Below, in pieces: positions 40,449-50,077 of a DNA stretch of 64,000 nt. Position numbers and translations under genes: made by a program. The notes under the pieces were generated by a model, which made no database searches, was not told where the DNA came from, and was given only the letters and a program-made list of their open reading frames with translations. Position 1 is the stretch's first letter; every line of letters starts with the position of its first letter. The DNA lies in NCBI GenBank assembly GCA_034421435.1, contig DAOUKJ010000027.1, forward strand, positions 7,298-71,297. Reading direction: 5' to 3'. This stretch comes from Dehalococcoidia bacterium (lineage in GTDB: Bacteria; Chloroflexota; Dehalococcoidia; Lucifugimonadales; UBA2985).

Positions 40449-41540
40449 TTGCATAGGTCCCTGCGTTTCTGGCTGGCCATAGCAGCGAGCCTGCTCTTTC
40501 TGGGCATCTTCTTTGCCCGCATTGACCCAGGCGAGACGTGGGCGAAGCTGGGGGAGGCCAACTATCTCCTGGTGCCGCCGGCGATTGCCGTCTACTTTGC
40601 GGCCGTCTACTTCCGCTCGCTGCGCTGGCAGTACCTGTTGTCGCCGATGAAGAAACTGGCTGTGGCGCGCCTCTATCCCGTGGTGATAGTCGGCTACATG
40701 GCGAACAACCTGCTGCCAATTCGCCTGGGCGAGGTGGTTCGCGCCTACTACCTCGGCGAGCGAGAGAAGGTGAGCAAGGTCTCGTCGCTGGCAACCATAG
40801 CGGTTGAGCGGGTATTCGACGGCCTGACGCTGCTGTTTCTCGCCGCCGTGGTGTCGCTGTTTCTGCCGCTGGTCGGGCTGCTGCAGGGACTCGCCGACAG
40901 GGCGGGGGTGCCCTGGGTGCTGCTGGCGCTCGCAATGTCGATGCCGTTCGTGCTTGTGGCGGCCTTCATGGTGCTGGCTTCCTACTCGCCAAGGTGGTTT
41001 GAGGTGCTGCTGGAGCGGCTCATAGCCGTGCTGCCTGCGCCGATACGACCGAAGGTCTCAGGGCTGGTCGGCATGTTCATCAGCGGCCTGACCGTGCTGC
41101 AGCACCCGCGGCGGCTGCTCGCGGTGTTCCTGCTCTCGCTGCCGGTATGGCTGGCGGAGGCGTTCATGTACTACGTCCTTGCCTTCTCACTTGACCTGCA
41201 CAACGTATTCGAAGTTACGGAGTTGGCGGGGGTTATCCTGCTGGTGACGGCAGTGTCCAACCTGGCCATATCGGTGCCCACGGCGGGCGGCGGAATCGGC
41301 GCGTTCGAGGTCGCGGCGGCGGCAACGCTCAGCCTGCTGGGCGCGGACGAGAGCACGGCGGGGGCCTACGCCATACTCGTCCACGCGGCGCTTCTGGTGC
41401 CGGTGACGCTGTTGGGCCTGCTGTATCTGTGGACGGACCGGACGTCGCTGGGTCGGCTCACGCGTGAGAGCACAGCAGATCGCGATGCGACACCATACGG
41501 CTCTGCAGGCATGCCCCTGCGAGCGGAGGAGAAGCCATGA
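40449..41540 (+). CDS. UPF0104 / lysylphosphatidylglycerol-synthase-TM-region-like (flippase-like) membrane protein
   Basis: 363 aa. FFARIDPGETWAKL...YFRSLRWQYLL N-terminal pattern, and polytopic. TTG start. Confidence 0.7.
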   Translation: MHRSLRFWLAIAASLLFLGIFFARIDPGETWAKLGEANYLLVPPAIAVYFAAVYFRSLRWQYLLSPMKKLAVARLYPVVIVGYMANNLLPIRLGEVVRAYYLGEREKVSKVSSLATIAVERVFDGLTLLFLAAVVSLFLPLVGLLQGLADRAGVPWVLLALAMSMPFVLVAAFMVLASYSPRWFEVLLERLIAVLPAPIRPKVSGLVGMFISGLTVLQHPRRLLAVFLLSLPVWLAEAFMYYVLAFSLDLHNVFEVTELAGVILLVTAVSNLAISVPTAGGGIGAFEVAAAATLSLLGADESTAGAYAILVHAALLVPVTLLGLLYLWTDRTSLGRLTRESTADRDATPYGSAGMPLRAEEKP

Positions 41541-42865
41541 AAGTCGGGATCATCGGCGCAGGGGCCGCGGGCATGGCTGCTGCGTACACGCTGGGCAAGG
41601 CGGGCCATCAGGCCATAGTCTACGAGGGCGCGCCATTCCTGGGTGGCCAGGCCTCCACGTTCGACGTGGGAGGCGGCCGGCTAGAGCGCGGATACCACCA
41701 CCTGTTCACGAGCGACACGGACATCGTAGACCTGATTCACGAGCTTGGCCTGGGGCCGAAGCTGGCGTGGATCGAGTCCAAGGTCGGCTTCTTCTACGGC
41801 GGCCGCATCTACGACTTCGTTACGCCGATGGACCTGCTGAAGTTCAAGCCCCTCAGCCTCATCGACCGGTTCCGGCTCGGCCTCGTGACCCTGTACCTTC
41901 GCCGGTACAAGGACTGGCGCAAGCTGGAGCCTCACGCTGCCTCGGACTGGATTCGCCGCCGCGCTGGCAGGGGCGTCTACGACGTGGTGTGGGGGCCGCT
42001 GCTGCGCGGCAAGTTCGGAGCGCACTACGACAAGGTGGCGATGCCCTGGTTCTGGGGAAAGATTCAGACCCGGTTCGCCTCCCGCGGCAAGGGAGTGAAG
42101 GGGATGCAGAAGGAGAGGCTGGGATACCCTCTCGGCAGCTTCGCGGAGATATTCGAGGTACTGGACACGCGTATCAGGGAGCTTGGCGGCGAGGTGCACC
42201 TCTCGACACCGGTACGCTCGATACGCGTCCGAGACGGCCGCGCCGACGGCCTGGAGGTGCAGACGAGCGCCGATGGCACAGAGATGCTCGACTTCGACGC
42301 CATCCTCTCCACCACGCCATCCTACGTGTTCCCGCGGTTGGTGGAGGGCCTGCCGCAGGACTACCTGGACAGGCTGCGGCGCGTGGAGTACCTTGCCGCC
42401 GTACTCGTCATCCTCGTGCTGAAGGAGCCATTCTCGCACACTTACTGGCTGAACATCGCCGACAGGTCGATTCCGTTCGTGGGACTGATAGAGCAGACCA
42501 ACTTCGTCGACTCGTCGCTGTACGGCGGCAAGCACATCCTGTACATCTCCAACTACCTCGGCGACGACAGCCCGTTGTTCAACATGCCGCAGGATGAGCT
42601 GTTGGAGGAGTACCTGCCGCACCTGAAGAAGATCAACCCGCAGTTCGACCGCTCCTGGATCGAGGAGTGGCACTATCACAAGGTGGCGGCAGCCCAGCCG
42701 ATCATCGGCGTGAACTACTCGCAGCAGCTGCCGGACCACCGCACGCCCATCTCCGGGCTGTATCTGGCCAACACCACGCAGGTGTACCCGGAAGACCGCG
42801 GCACCAACTACAGTGTGCGCATGGGCAAGCGCGTGGCGGCGATGATGATGGAGGACATGGCGTAG
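41537..42865 (+). CDS. NAD(P)/FAD-dependent oxidoreductase (amine-oxidase/phytoene-desaturase fold)
   Basis: N-terminal Rossmann motif VGIIGAGAAGMAAAYTL...EGAPFLGG. The start overlaps the upstream stop (ATGA). Confidence 0.8.
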   Translation: MKVGIIGAGAAGMAAAYTLGKAGHQAIVYEGAPFLGGQASTFDVGGGRLERGYHHLFTSDTDIVDLIHELGLGPKLAWIESKVGFFYGGRIYDFVTPMDLLKFKPLSLIDRFRLGLVTLYLRRYKDWRKLEPHAASDWIRRRAGRGVYDVVWGPLLRGKFGAHYDKVAMPWFWGKIQTRFASRGKGVKGMQKERLGYPLGSFAEIFEVLDTRIRELGGEVHLSTPVRSIRVRDGRADGLEVQTSADGTEMLDFDAILSTTPSYVFPRLVEGLPQDYLDRLRRVEYLAAVLVILVLKEPFSHTYWLNIADRSIPFVGLIEQTNFVDSSLYGGKHILYISNYLGDDSPLFNMPQDELLEEYLPHLKKINPQFDRSWIEEWHYHKVAAAQPIIGVNYSQQLPDHRTPISGLYLANTTQVYPEDRGTNYSVRMGKRVAAMMMEDMA

Positions 42866-42866
42866 C

Positions 42867-43505
42867 GTGAACCTGCTCTACGATCGGGAGATGCGCGTCT
42901 ACTGGACGCTCTGCGGCTCAGACGGCAACAACGCCTACCTGATCGTGTGCCCGGAGACGGCGGAGAGCATCATCGTGGACGCGCCGCTCAATCCGGAGGC
43001 GATTATCTCTCAGGCGCAGGGCACGCACGTCCGCGCCGTTCTCATCACACACCGGCACCGTGACCACACCGAGGGACTAGGCCAGATCGTCGAGGCCACC
43101 GGCGCGCCCGTAGTCGCTCATGCCGACGACGCAGACGGCTTGCCATCGCCGCCAGACATCCTCGTCGCGGACGGCGACACCCTCCACGCAGGCACGCTGG
43201 AGGTGAAGGCCATTCACGTGCCGGGGCACACACCCGGCTCGACGTGCTTTCTCGCTGGCAACCACCTGTTCACCGGCGATTCGCTATACGCTGGCGGGCC
43301 GGGCGAGACGCGCGGCCCGGAGGCAACGCTGCAGATCCTCGAGGGCATCACGCGCAAGCTGTTGGTGCTTCCTGAGGACACCTTCGTGCTACCGGGCCAC
43401 GGCCAGGGCGCCAACATCGCCGCTGCGCGCAGGCTCTACAGGCACTGGGTGGAGCAGTACCCCGACCTACTGCCGCCCCTGCAGGACGCCCCGAGCGGTG
43501 GGTGA
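42867..43505 (+). CDS. MBL-fold metallo-hydrolase (glyoxalase II-like)
   Basis: VLITHRHRDHTEG motif and a later HVPGHTPGS. 212 aa. Confidence 0.8.
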   Translation: MNLLYDREMRVYWTLCGSDGNNAYLIVCPETAESIIVDAPLNPEAIISQAQGTHVRAVLITHRHRDHTEGLGQIVEATGAPVVAHADDADGLPSPPDILVADGDTLHAGTLEVKAIHVPGHTPGSTCFLAGNHLFTGDSLYAGGPGETRGPEATLQILEGITRKLLVLPEDTFVLPGHGQGANIAAARRLYRHWVEQYPDLLPPLQDAPSGG

Positions 43506-44125
43506 CGGCCGCCATGACAGGGCGCAAGGCAGCGCGTCAACGAGAAGCAAGCGGGGCCGACTCATTCACCGGCATGACCTGTCGTGGCGTGGACTCGGAG
43601 ACGTGGGACGACCTGGTACGGCTGTTCATGGCGCCGGGAGGCCCCAAGTACTGCTGGTGCATGGTCTGGCGCACGATGCCTCCGAAGGAGAGCCGCAGCG
43701 ATAACGATGCCAAGCGCGCAGGCCTGGAGAGTCGGATGCGAGACGGGGTGCCCATCGGCATTCTGGGCTACGTGGACGGCGAGCCGGTCGCGTGGTGCTC
43801 CGTTGCGCCGCGTGACACTTTCCGCCGCGGCCTTGCCGGCAAGACGGCCGCTGCATGGGACAGCGATGGCGTGTGGTCGATATCCTGCTTCTACGTGCCG
43901 CGACGCCTGCGAGGGCAGGGCGCAACGCGCCGACTCATCGCCGCGGCGGTGGATTACGCGCGGGAAGGCGGTGCAAAGGTCGTGGAGGCGTACCCCGTTG
44001 CCCCCGACTCACCAAGCTACCGGTTCATGGGGACTGTGCCGTCGTTCCACAAGGCCGGCTTCCGAGAGGTGGGCACGGCGGGCACGCGTCGCAGGGTGAT
44101 GCGGCTGGAACTCAGCGACGTCTAG
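43502..44125 (+). CDS. GNAT family N-acetyltransferase
   Basis: RRLRGQGATRRLIAAAVDYAREGGAKVVEAYP acetyl-CoA-binding (motif A) pattern. The GTG start overlaps the upstream stop; ATG 43514 is an alternative. Confidence 0.7.
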   Translation: MTAAMTGRKAARQREASGADSFTGMTCRGVDSETWDDLVRLFMAPGGPKYCWCMVWRTMPPKESRSDNDAKRAGLESRMRDGVPIGILGYVDGEPVAWCSVAPRDTFRRGLAGKTAAAWDSDGVWSISCFYVPRRLRGQGATRRLIAAAVDYAREGGAKVVEAYPVAPDSPSYRFMGTVPSFHKAGFREVGTAGTRRRVMRLELSDV

Positions 44126-44577
44126 CGCCTGCTGGCGGCTCTCGCCCGCTCGTAGACCTCGATGAACCCCTCAACCGAGGTGCGGGCCACCGCCTGGCCA
44201 ATCAGGTCCAGCGGCAGATCCTCCGGCTTCTTGAACCGCACGCAGGACTTGCCCATGTTGAGCTTCTTGCCGCTGGCACGGTACTCCTCCTCGAACCACT
44301 GCGCCGTCTCCGGGTCGCCGTAGACGTTCATCAGGTATATGGACATGTAGTTCTTCTGGGACGCCAGCGCCACGTTCTGCAGCGCCTGCTTGTTGTAGGT
44401 GTCCGGGTAGCGCTCCAGCGGTATCACGTAGCCGATCATGCCGAACTGCATTATCTCCTCGAATCCCGGCGGCAGGTTGTCGAGGATCAGCTTGCGCATC
44501 GTCTCCATCGCCTCGCGCCTCTCCGGCGTCTGCTCCGCAAGGTACTCATCGACTGTAGTGGCAGTGCTGTATGCCAT
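44122..44577 (-). CDS. DUF1801 (YdhG-like) domain protein
   Basis: 151 aa. VDEYLAEQ...REAMETMRKLI...GMIGY pattern typical of DUF1801. Its 3' end overlaps the convergent GNAT gene by 4 nt. Confidence 0.65.
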   Translation of the reverse strand: MAYSTATTVDEYLAEQTPERREAMETMRKLILDNLPPGFEEIMQFGMIGYVIPLERYPDTYNKQALQNVALASQKNYMSIYLMNVYGDPETAQWFEEEYRASGKKLNMGKSCVRFKKPEDLPLDLIGQAVARTSVEGFIEVYERARAASRR

Positions 44578-44695
44578 GCGTCTACTCCTCAGGCAGGGTA
44601 TCGGCCGTCCAACTAGATTGATGTCGGACGGGTTCTCATTATACCACCGACTCTGGCCGCGTTCCCAAAGCCGGGGATAAGCGCAGCGCGCCCCA

Positions 44696-44724
44696 TTGAA
44701 CCATCACATGGTTTGTGCTAACAT
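44696..44724 (+). promoter_or_regulatory. sigma70-like promoter of the NuoE/F/G-like operon
   Basis: TTGAAC (44696-44701), 17-nt spacer ending in TGTGC, TAACAT (44719-44724). GAGGAG RBS before GTG 44760. Confidence 0.55.
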
Positions 44725-44759
44725 CCCTAGCTAGAAAAATCACAATCTGAGGAGACAGT

Positions 44760-45266
44760 GTGGCCAGCGGAGAAAGCCTCAGAGAGCGAATAAGCGGCGC
44801 TCTGGCCGGTCAATCGGCCAGAACTAAGACTGTTCTCTCCTCGCTTCTTGCCATAGAGGACGAGCTGGGCTACATCCCGCCTCCGGCCATCGAGCAGGTG
44901 GCCGAGTTCACCGGCTCCACCATCAACGACGTGTGGGGCGTCGCCTCCTTCTACACCAACTTCCGCTTTACGCCACCCGGCGAGCACGTGGTGGAGCTGT
45001 GCTGGGGCCCCACGTGCCATCTGCTGGGGGCGCAGCAGATAATCCAGGCCGCGCTCCAGACCCTCGGACTCAATGAAGAGGGCGACACGGCAGACGGAAA
45101 GGTCTCGCTCAAGTACAACACCTGCCTGGGCGCATGCCCTCAAGGCCCAGTCATAAGCGTAGACCACAAGATTCTCAGCCCGCAGTCCCTCGGCGTGAAC
45201 GGCGGCGCGGCAATGAGCGAGCGTGTGGCAGAACTGGTGTCCCGGCTGAGAAACGGGACATCCTGA
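44760..45266 (+). CDS. nuoE: NuoE-like 2Fe-2S thioredoxin-fold subunit
   Basis: Cys ligand pattern CWGPTC ... CLGACPQGP. 168 aa. Confidence 0.85.
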   Translation: MASGESLRERISGALAGQSARTKTVLSSLLAIEDELGYIPPPAIEQVAEFTGSTINDVWGVASFYTNFRFTPPGEHVVELCWGPTCHLLGAQQIIQAALQTLGLNEEGDTADGKVSLKYNTCLGACPQGPVISVDHKILSPQSLGVNGGAAMSERVAELVSRLRNGTS

Positions 45267-45277
45267 GCGGAGAGAAC

Positions 45278-47023
45278 TTGCCAAACTACGAAGAGCTGCA
45301 TCAGGAAGCCCAGACCCGCCTCCTTGAGTTGGAAGGCGGCGGGAAGCCGTGGATTCGCGTCGGCTCAGCCATTTGCTGCGAGGCCGCCGGCGCAGACGAG
45401 ACTCTCAAGGCAATCCACGCCGAGCTTGAGACGCGAAAGATCGATGCCAACGTCAACATCGTCGGATGCCTTGGCCTGTGCTATGCCGCGCCACTCGTGG
45501 ACTTGCAGAAGCCCGGAGGCTCGCGGGTGTTCTATGGCAACGTGACGCCCGACATGGCGGCCGAGCTCGTGGAGTCGTGCGTAGCCGGTGACGACCTCAG
45601 GCCGGACTGGGCACTGGCCTACACGGGAAGAGTCACCCTCGACGGCATTCCGCGGCTGGACGACCTGCCGGTCTGGAACAAGCAGGTGCGCATAGCCCTG
45701 CGGAACTGCGGCCACATAGACCCTCTGGACATATACCAGTACATCGCCCAGGGCGGCTACGCAGCGCTCGACAAGGCAGTCAATCGGATGACGCCCCAGG
45801 AGGTGCTGAAGGAGGTTCAGGACTCAGGCCTGCGGGGCAGGGGAGGGGCGGCATTCCCGACGGGCACCAAGTGGGGCTTCCTGGCACGCTCTCCGGGGCC
45901 GGTCAAGTACATCCTCTGCAACTGCGAGGAGGGCGACCCGGGCGCGTACAACGACAAGGGCATACTAGAAAGCGACCCGCACTCGCTCATCGAGGGTACG
46001 ATACTGGCCGGATACGCCACCGGCTCCTCCAACGGCGTGGTGTTCATTCGACACGGCCACGAGGGGCCAATTCACCGAACCGAGCGCGCCATCGAGCAGG
46101 CGTACGAGCTGGGCCTGCTTGGCGACAACATCCTGGGCTCCGACTTCAGCTTCCACGTTGAGGTGTCACTCACGGGCGATTCCTACGTCGCCGGTGAGGA
46201 GACGGCGCTCATGGAGTCCATAGAGGGCAACCGGGCGATGCCGCGGGCGCGTCCGCCGTTCCCGGCGGCGTCCGGCGTGTGGCGCCTTCCCAGCAATATC
46301 AACAACATCAAGTCGCTGGCCTACGTCTCGGAGATCGTGTCGCGCGGCGGCGAGTGGTTCGCCGGAATCGGCACGGAGGGCAGTAAGGGCACGGCGATTC
46401 TCTGCCTGTCCGGACACATCAAGCGCCCAGGCATGTACGAGATCCCGATGGGATTGACAATCAGGGATGTGCTCGAAGAGGTGGGCGGGGGCGTATCACC
46501 CGGTGAGCGCATCAAGGTCCTTCAGACGGGGGGGCCGCTGGGAGGCGTGCTGGGCGACGAGGCATTCGACGTGCGAATCGACTTCGACGAAATGTCCAGG
46601 GCGAGCGCAATCTTGGGGTCCGGCGGGATCATCGTCGGCAACGAGACGGTCGACGTGGTTGACCTGATCAGGGTACTGATAGCGTTCAACCAGTACGAGT
46701 CGTGCGGCAAGTGCTTCCCATGCAGGCTCGGCAACACGCACATGCTGGAGATACTTGAGCGCATCTACGAGCACGAGGCGAGACCGTCCGACCTGCAACT
46801 GATGGAGCGTATCGGCAACAATATGAGAATGGGTTCGCTATGCGGGCACGGGCAGCTTGGCTACAACCCCGTGTCCTCGGCATTGAAGTACTTCGGAGAG
46901 GACTTTGCGGCCCACATGGAGGAGGGCCGGAGCCCGACCGGGCAGAGCATGACGCCCGTATTCACGCCTCAACGAACGCGTTCGCGCTGGACGTCAGCCC
47001 AGCCCCTGGAGCTTAGATTCTAA
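45278..47023 (+). CDS. nuoF: NuoF-like NAD(H)-binding flavoprotein subunit with an N-terminal extra ferredoxin/thioredoxin-like domain
   Basis: GRGGAAFPTGTKW (FMN/NADH) and ESCGKCFPCRLG...LCGHG (4Fe-4S). The N-terminal domain has CC..C..C. The start is approximate (TTG 45278); the ORF-track start lies inside nuoE. Confidence 0.85.
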   Translation: MPNYEELHQEAQTRLLELEGGGKPWIRVGSAICCEAAGADETLKAIHAELETRKIDANVNIVGCLGLCYAAPLVDLQKPGGSRVFYGNVTPDMAAELVESCVAGDDLRPDWALAYTGRVTLDGIPRLDDLPVWNKQVRIALRNCGHIDPLDIYQYIAQGGYAALDKAVNRMTPQEVLKEVQDSGLRGRGGAAFPTGTKWGFLARSPGPVKYILCNCEEGDPGAYNDKGILESDPHSLIEGTILAGYATGSSNGVVFIRHGHEGPIHRTERAIEQAYELGLLGDNILGSDFSFHVEVSLTGDSYVAGEETALMESIEGNRAMPRARPPFPAASGVWRLPSNINNIKSLAYVSEIVSRGGEWFAGIGTEGSKGTAILCLSGHIKRPGMYEIPMGLTIRDVLEEVGGGVSPGERIKVLQTGGPLGGVLGDEAFDVRIDFDEMSRASAILGSGGIIVGNETVDVVDLIRVLIAFNQYESCGKCFPCRLGNTHMLEILERIYEHEARPSDLQLMERIGNNMRMGSLCGHGQLGYNPVSSALKYFGEDFAAHMEEGRSPTGQSMTPVFTPQRTRSRWTSAQPLELRF

Positions 47024-47031
47024 GGAGACTC

Positions 47032-49887
47032 ATGGCCTCTGCGATTTCGGTTGTCATCGACGGAAAAGAGGTAATCACCCAGCCGGGCAAGACCATCATC
47101 CAGGCGGCCATGGATTCGGGTCTCTACATCCCGTATCTCTGCTACTACCCCGGCATGAAGCCGTTTGGCGCCTGCCGGATGTGCGTCGTTGAGGTCGAGA
47201 ACGCCCGCGGCACACCCGCGTCCTGCACGACCCCCGCCGCCGACGGCATGGTGGTGCACACCAACACGCCGCAGATCCAGGAGCTCCGCAAGGGCATCAC
47301 CGAGCTAATCATCTCAGAGCATCCGCACGGCTGCCTCACCTGCCATCGCACGAACATTGACGGCGCAGACCTGTGCGGCCCCGAGGACATCTGCCAGCGC
47401 CACGTCTCAGTCACCGACCGATGCGTGGCCTGCCCCAAGAACGAGCGGTGCGAGCTCAAGGACACCACGATATTCGTGGGCACCGGCCTGACTACGCCAC
47501 TCACGTACAAGTACCGCGAGCTGCCAGTGGTCACGCAGGACCCGTTCTACGACATGGACTACAACCTCTGCATCGTGTGCGGACGCTGCGTTCGTGCCTG
47601 CGAGGAGATTCGCGGAGACAGCGCCATCACGTTCACGGAGCGGTCCGGCATATCGCTGGTTGGCCCCGCGCATGGCACGTCGCTGCTGGAGTCCGGCTGC
47701 GAGTTCTGCGGCTCCTGCATAGACGTTTGCCCGGTGGGAGCGCTCGTAGAGTCCCCATACAAGTGGGAGAAGGCCGTTGATACGGTCTCCACCACGTGCC
47801 CGCAGTGCCCGGTGGGCTGCCAGCTGAAGCTGGAGGTAAACCGGCGGGGCAGGGTCATTCGAGCCATACCCGACCTGGAGGCCGAGGCCAACAGGGGACA
47901 GGCCTGTTTCAAGGGCAAGTTCGGCCTGGATTTCGTCAACAGCCGCAGCAGGCTCAGAAATCCGCTGATCAGGCGCGACGGCGTGCTGGAGGAGGCGTCC
48001 TGGGAGGAGGCGATTGCGCTCGTGGCGGAGAAGCTGGGAGAGTACAAGGGAGACTCATTCGCCGCCATCGCGTCCTACCGCGGCACCAACGAAGAGAGCT
48101 ACCTTGTCCAGAAGTTCGCGCGCACGGTGATGGGCACCAACAACGTTGACCACGCCTCCAACCTGAAGCCGGAGCTTGCGAGGCCCCTGCAGGGCGCTCT
48201 CGGATTCCAGGCGGCAACCAACCCCGTCTGGGACCTGGACAAGGCGGGCTGCATACTCACCGTGAGCACCAACGTCACCGAGGAGCACAACGTGACCGCA
48301 GTGCCCGTCAAGCGGGCAGTGCAGAACGGAGCCAAGCTCGTAGTCATCGACCCTCGCGAGGTTGAGTTGACGCGCTACGCAACCGTTTGGGTCCGGCCGA
48401 GGCCGGGCACCGAGGCAACGCTGCTCGGCGGCATGCTGCGGGTCATTTCCGACGAGGTGCTGGAAGACCAGGATTTCATTCGAGAGCGGTGTGAAAACCT
48501 GGACGGCCTCAAGAACTCGCTCTGGCGGTTCGATCTCAGTCGAGTGGAAGTCGTCACGGGCGTACCCCAGGAAGAGATTCGCACCGCTGCCCGCACGTTC
48601 GCCGGCAACGGCCCCGCAGCCATCCTCTACGCGCTGGATACCGTGCCCGCGTCGGAGAGGGAGGCGTGCGTGAACGCCATCTTGGACCTCGCGCTCCTCA
48701 CGGGCAACGTGGGCAGGCCACACAGCGGCCTCTACCCGTTGCGGCCGGGCACCAACGATCAGGGCTCGTGGGACGTGGGTTGCGTGCCTGACCTGCTGCC
48801 GGGATACCGCCCGGTGGATGACGCCGACGCACGTTCAGTCCTGGGTGAAGCGTGGGGCTCCGAGCTGCCAAGCGGCGCAGGGATCGGCGTCCTGGATGCG
48901 TTCCAGGCCGCATCCGATGGCCGCGTGAAGGCGATGATGGTGATCGGAGACAGCGCGTCCTATCACAGCGGTGAGCTGGGCGACATACAGGCCGCGGCCG
49001 GCAACCTCGACTTCCTGGTGGTGCAGGACACCTTCCTCACCGGTCTGGCACAGGTTGCGGACGTCGTGCTGCCCTCGGGCACCTTCGCCGAGAAGGAAGG
49101 CACCTACACCAACCTTGAGCGGCGCGTGCAGCCCCTCAGGAAGGTGCTTGAGGTGCGCAACTCGAACGCCATGCCTGACTGGTGGATAGTCTGTGAGATC
49201 GCCAAGGCGATGGGCGCGCAGGGATTCGACTATCACTGCCCGGCGCACGTACTCGACGAGATTTCCCGCGTGGTTCCCATGTACGCCGGAGTCTCCTACC
49301 AGAGGCTGCTCGCAAAGGAGTCCGTGCTCCAGCCCGTGACGCTGCCGATCTACCCGCTTCCGAGCCAGCTGCTGCCCACCACAGGAGGCCAGAACGCAGG
49401 CGTGCAGTGGCCCTGCGCATCGACGGATGACGACGGCACGGCCATCCTCTACGGAGACCAGTTTGCTGCCGGCATGGCCCACTTCATCCCCCTGGAGTTC
49501 AGGGAAGCGCCGGACATGCCCACCACAGACGACTTTCCTCTGCTGCTCCTTCCGGGGCGGGTACTGCACCAGTCGGACCGGGAACTCGACATAGTGCTGG
49601 TGGGTCAGAAGAACCGGATTCAGAGCGAAGAAACGCTGTGCATCCACCCTTCGGACGCTTCCACGCTGAACGTGGCGGACGGGGACATGGTGGAGATTGT
49701 TTCAGCCCGTGAGAGCCTCCGCGCCAGGGCGTCGCTGACCGAGCAGAACCTGCCAGGCACGGTGTCGGTCACATACCTCTTCGGCAACCTCGTGACGCAG
49801 CTGGAGAGCAGCGAGGACCCGGACGCCATGTCGCATGTGCCCGGCCTTCCGCTCACGCCTGTGAGACTGGCGAAGACGGAGGCCTAA
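47032..49887 (+). CDS. NuoG-like / molybdopterin-oxidoreductase-fold Fe-S subunit (no obvious Mo ligand)
   Basis: 951 aa. N-terminal 2Fe-2S, an H..C..C cluster motif, two CxxCxxCxxxCP motifs and CPQCPVGC...C. The MopB-fold segment reads GTNNVDHASN where formate dehydrogenases carry Cys/Sec-His. Confidence 0.8.
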   Translation: MASAISVVIDGKEVITQPGKTIIQAAMDSGLYIPYLCYYPGMKPFGACRMCVVEVENARGTPASCTTPAADGMVVHTNTPQIQELRKGITELIISEHPHGCLTCHRTNIDGADLCGPEDICQRHVSVTDRCVACPKNERCELKDTTIFVGTGLTTPLTYKYRELPVVTQDPFYDMDYNLCIVCGRCVRACEEIRGDSAITFTERSGISLVGPAHGTSLLESGCEFCGSCIDVCPVGALVESPYKWEKAVDTVSTTCPQCPVGCQLKLEVNRRGRVIRAIPDLEAEANRGQACFKGKFGLDFVNSRSRLRNPLIRRDGVLEEASWEEAIALVAEKLGEYKGDSFAAIASYRGTNEESYLVQKFARTVMGTNNVDHASNLKPELARPLQGALGFQAATNPVWDLDKAGCILTVSTNVTEEHNVTAVPVKRAVQNGAKLVVIDPREVELTRYATVWVRPRPGTEATLLGGMLRVISDEVLEDQDFIRERCENLDGLKNSLWRFDLSRVEVVTGVPQEEIRTAARTFAGNGPAAILYALDTVPASEREACVNAILDLALLTGNVGRPHSGLYPLRPGTNDQGSWDVGCVPDLLPGYRPVDDADARSVLGEAWGSELPSGAGIGVLDAFQAASDGRVKAMMVIGDSASYHSGELGDIQAAAGNLDFLVVQDTFLTGLAQVADVVLPSGTFAEKEGTYTNLERRVQPLRKVLEVRNSNAMPDWWIVCEIAKAMGAQGFDYHCPAHVLDEISRVVPMYAGVSYQRLLAKESVLQPVTLPIYPLPSQLLPTTGGQNAGVQWPCASTDDDGTAILYGDQFAAGMAHFIPLEFREAPDMPTTDDFPLLLLPGRVLHQSDRELDIVLVGQKNRIQSEETLCIHPSDASTLNVADGDMVEIVSARESLRARASLTEQNLPGTVSVTYLFGNLVTQLESSEDPDAMSHVPGLPLTPVRLAKTEA

Positions 49888-50039
49888 CGCACCGCCGGCG
49901 CGGCGACCCACCACAAGTCCGGCGAATGCCAGATGGGCCGGTAGTCCATGGCATCCTCGTTGGCTGACGGCCGTTATTGACGATTAGCATAGGTTTCGTC
50001 AGGCGTCGATGGGCTATTCCTCTGCGCGCCGCAGTGCTG

Positions 50040-50045
50040 TAGAAT
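50040..50045 (+). promoter_or_regulatory. -10 box upstream of mutS
   Basis: GTGCTGTAGAAT, with TAGAAT at 50040-50045, downstream of the ORF-track ATG 50009 and upstream of TTG 50078. Confidence 0.35.
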
Positions 50046-50077
50046 TACCTCATCCCTGCACCGAAGGTCGACCCACA

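Noticed and set aside
47032-49887. Calling the 951-aa MopB-fold protein a formate dehydrogenase alpha subunit.
   Set aside because: The segment equivalent to the Cys/Sec-His active-site motif reads DHASN (by-eye alignment to the GTNNVD anchor). I therefore only call it NuoG-like.
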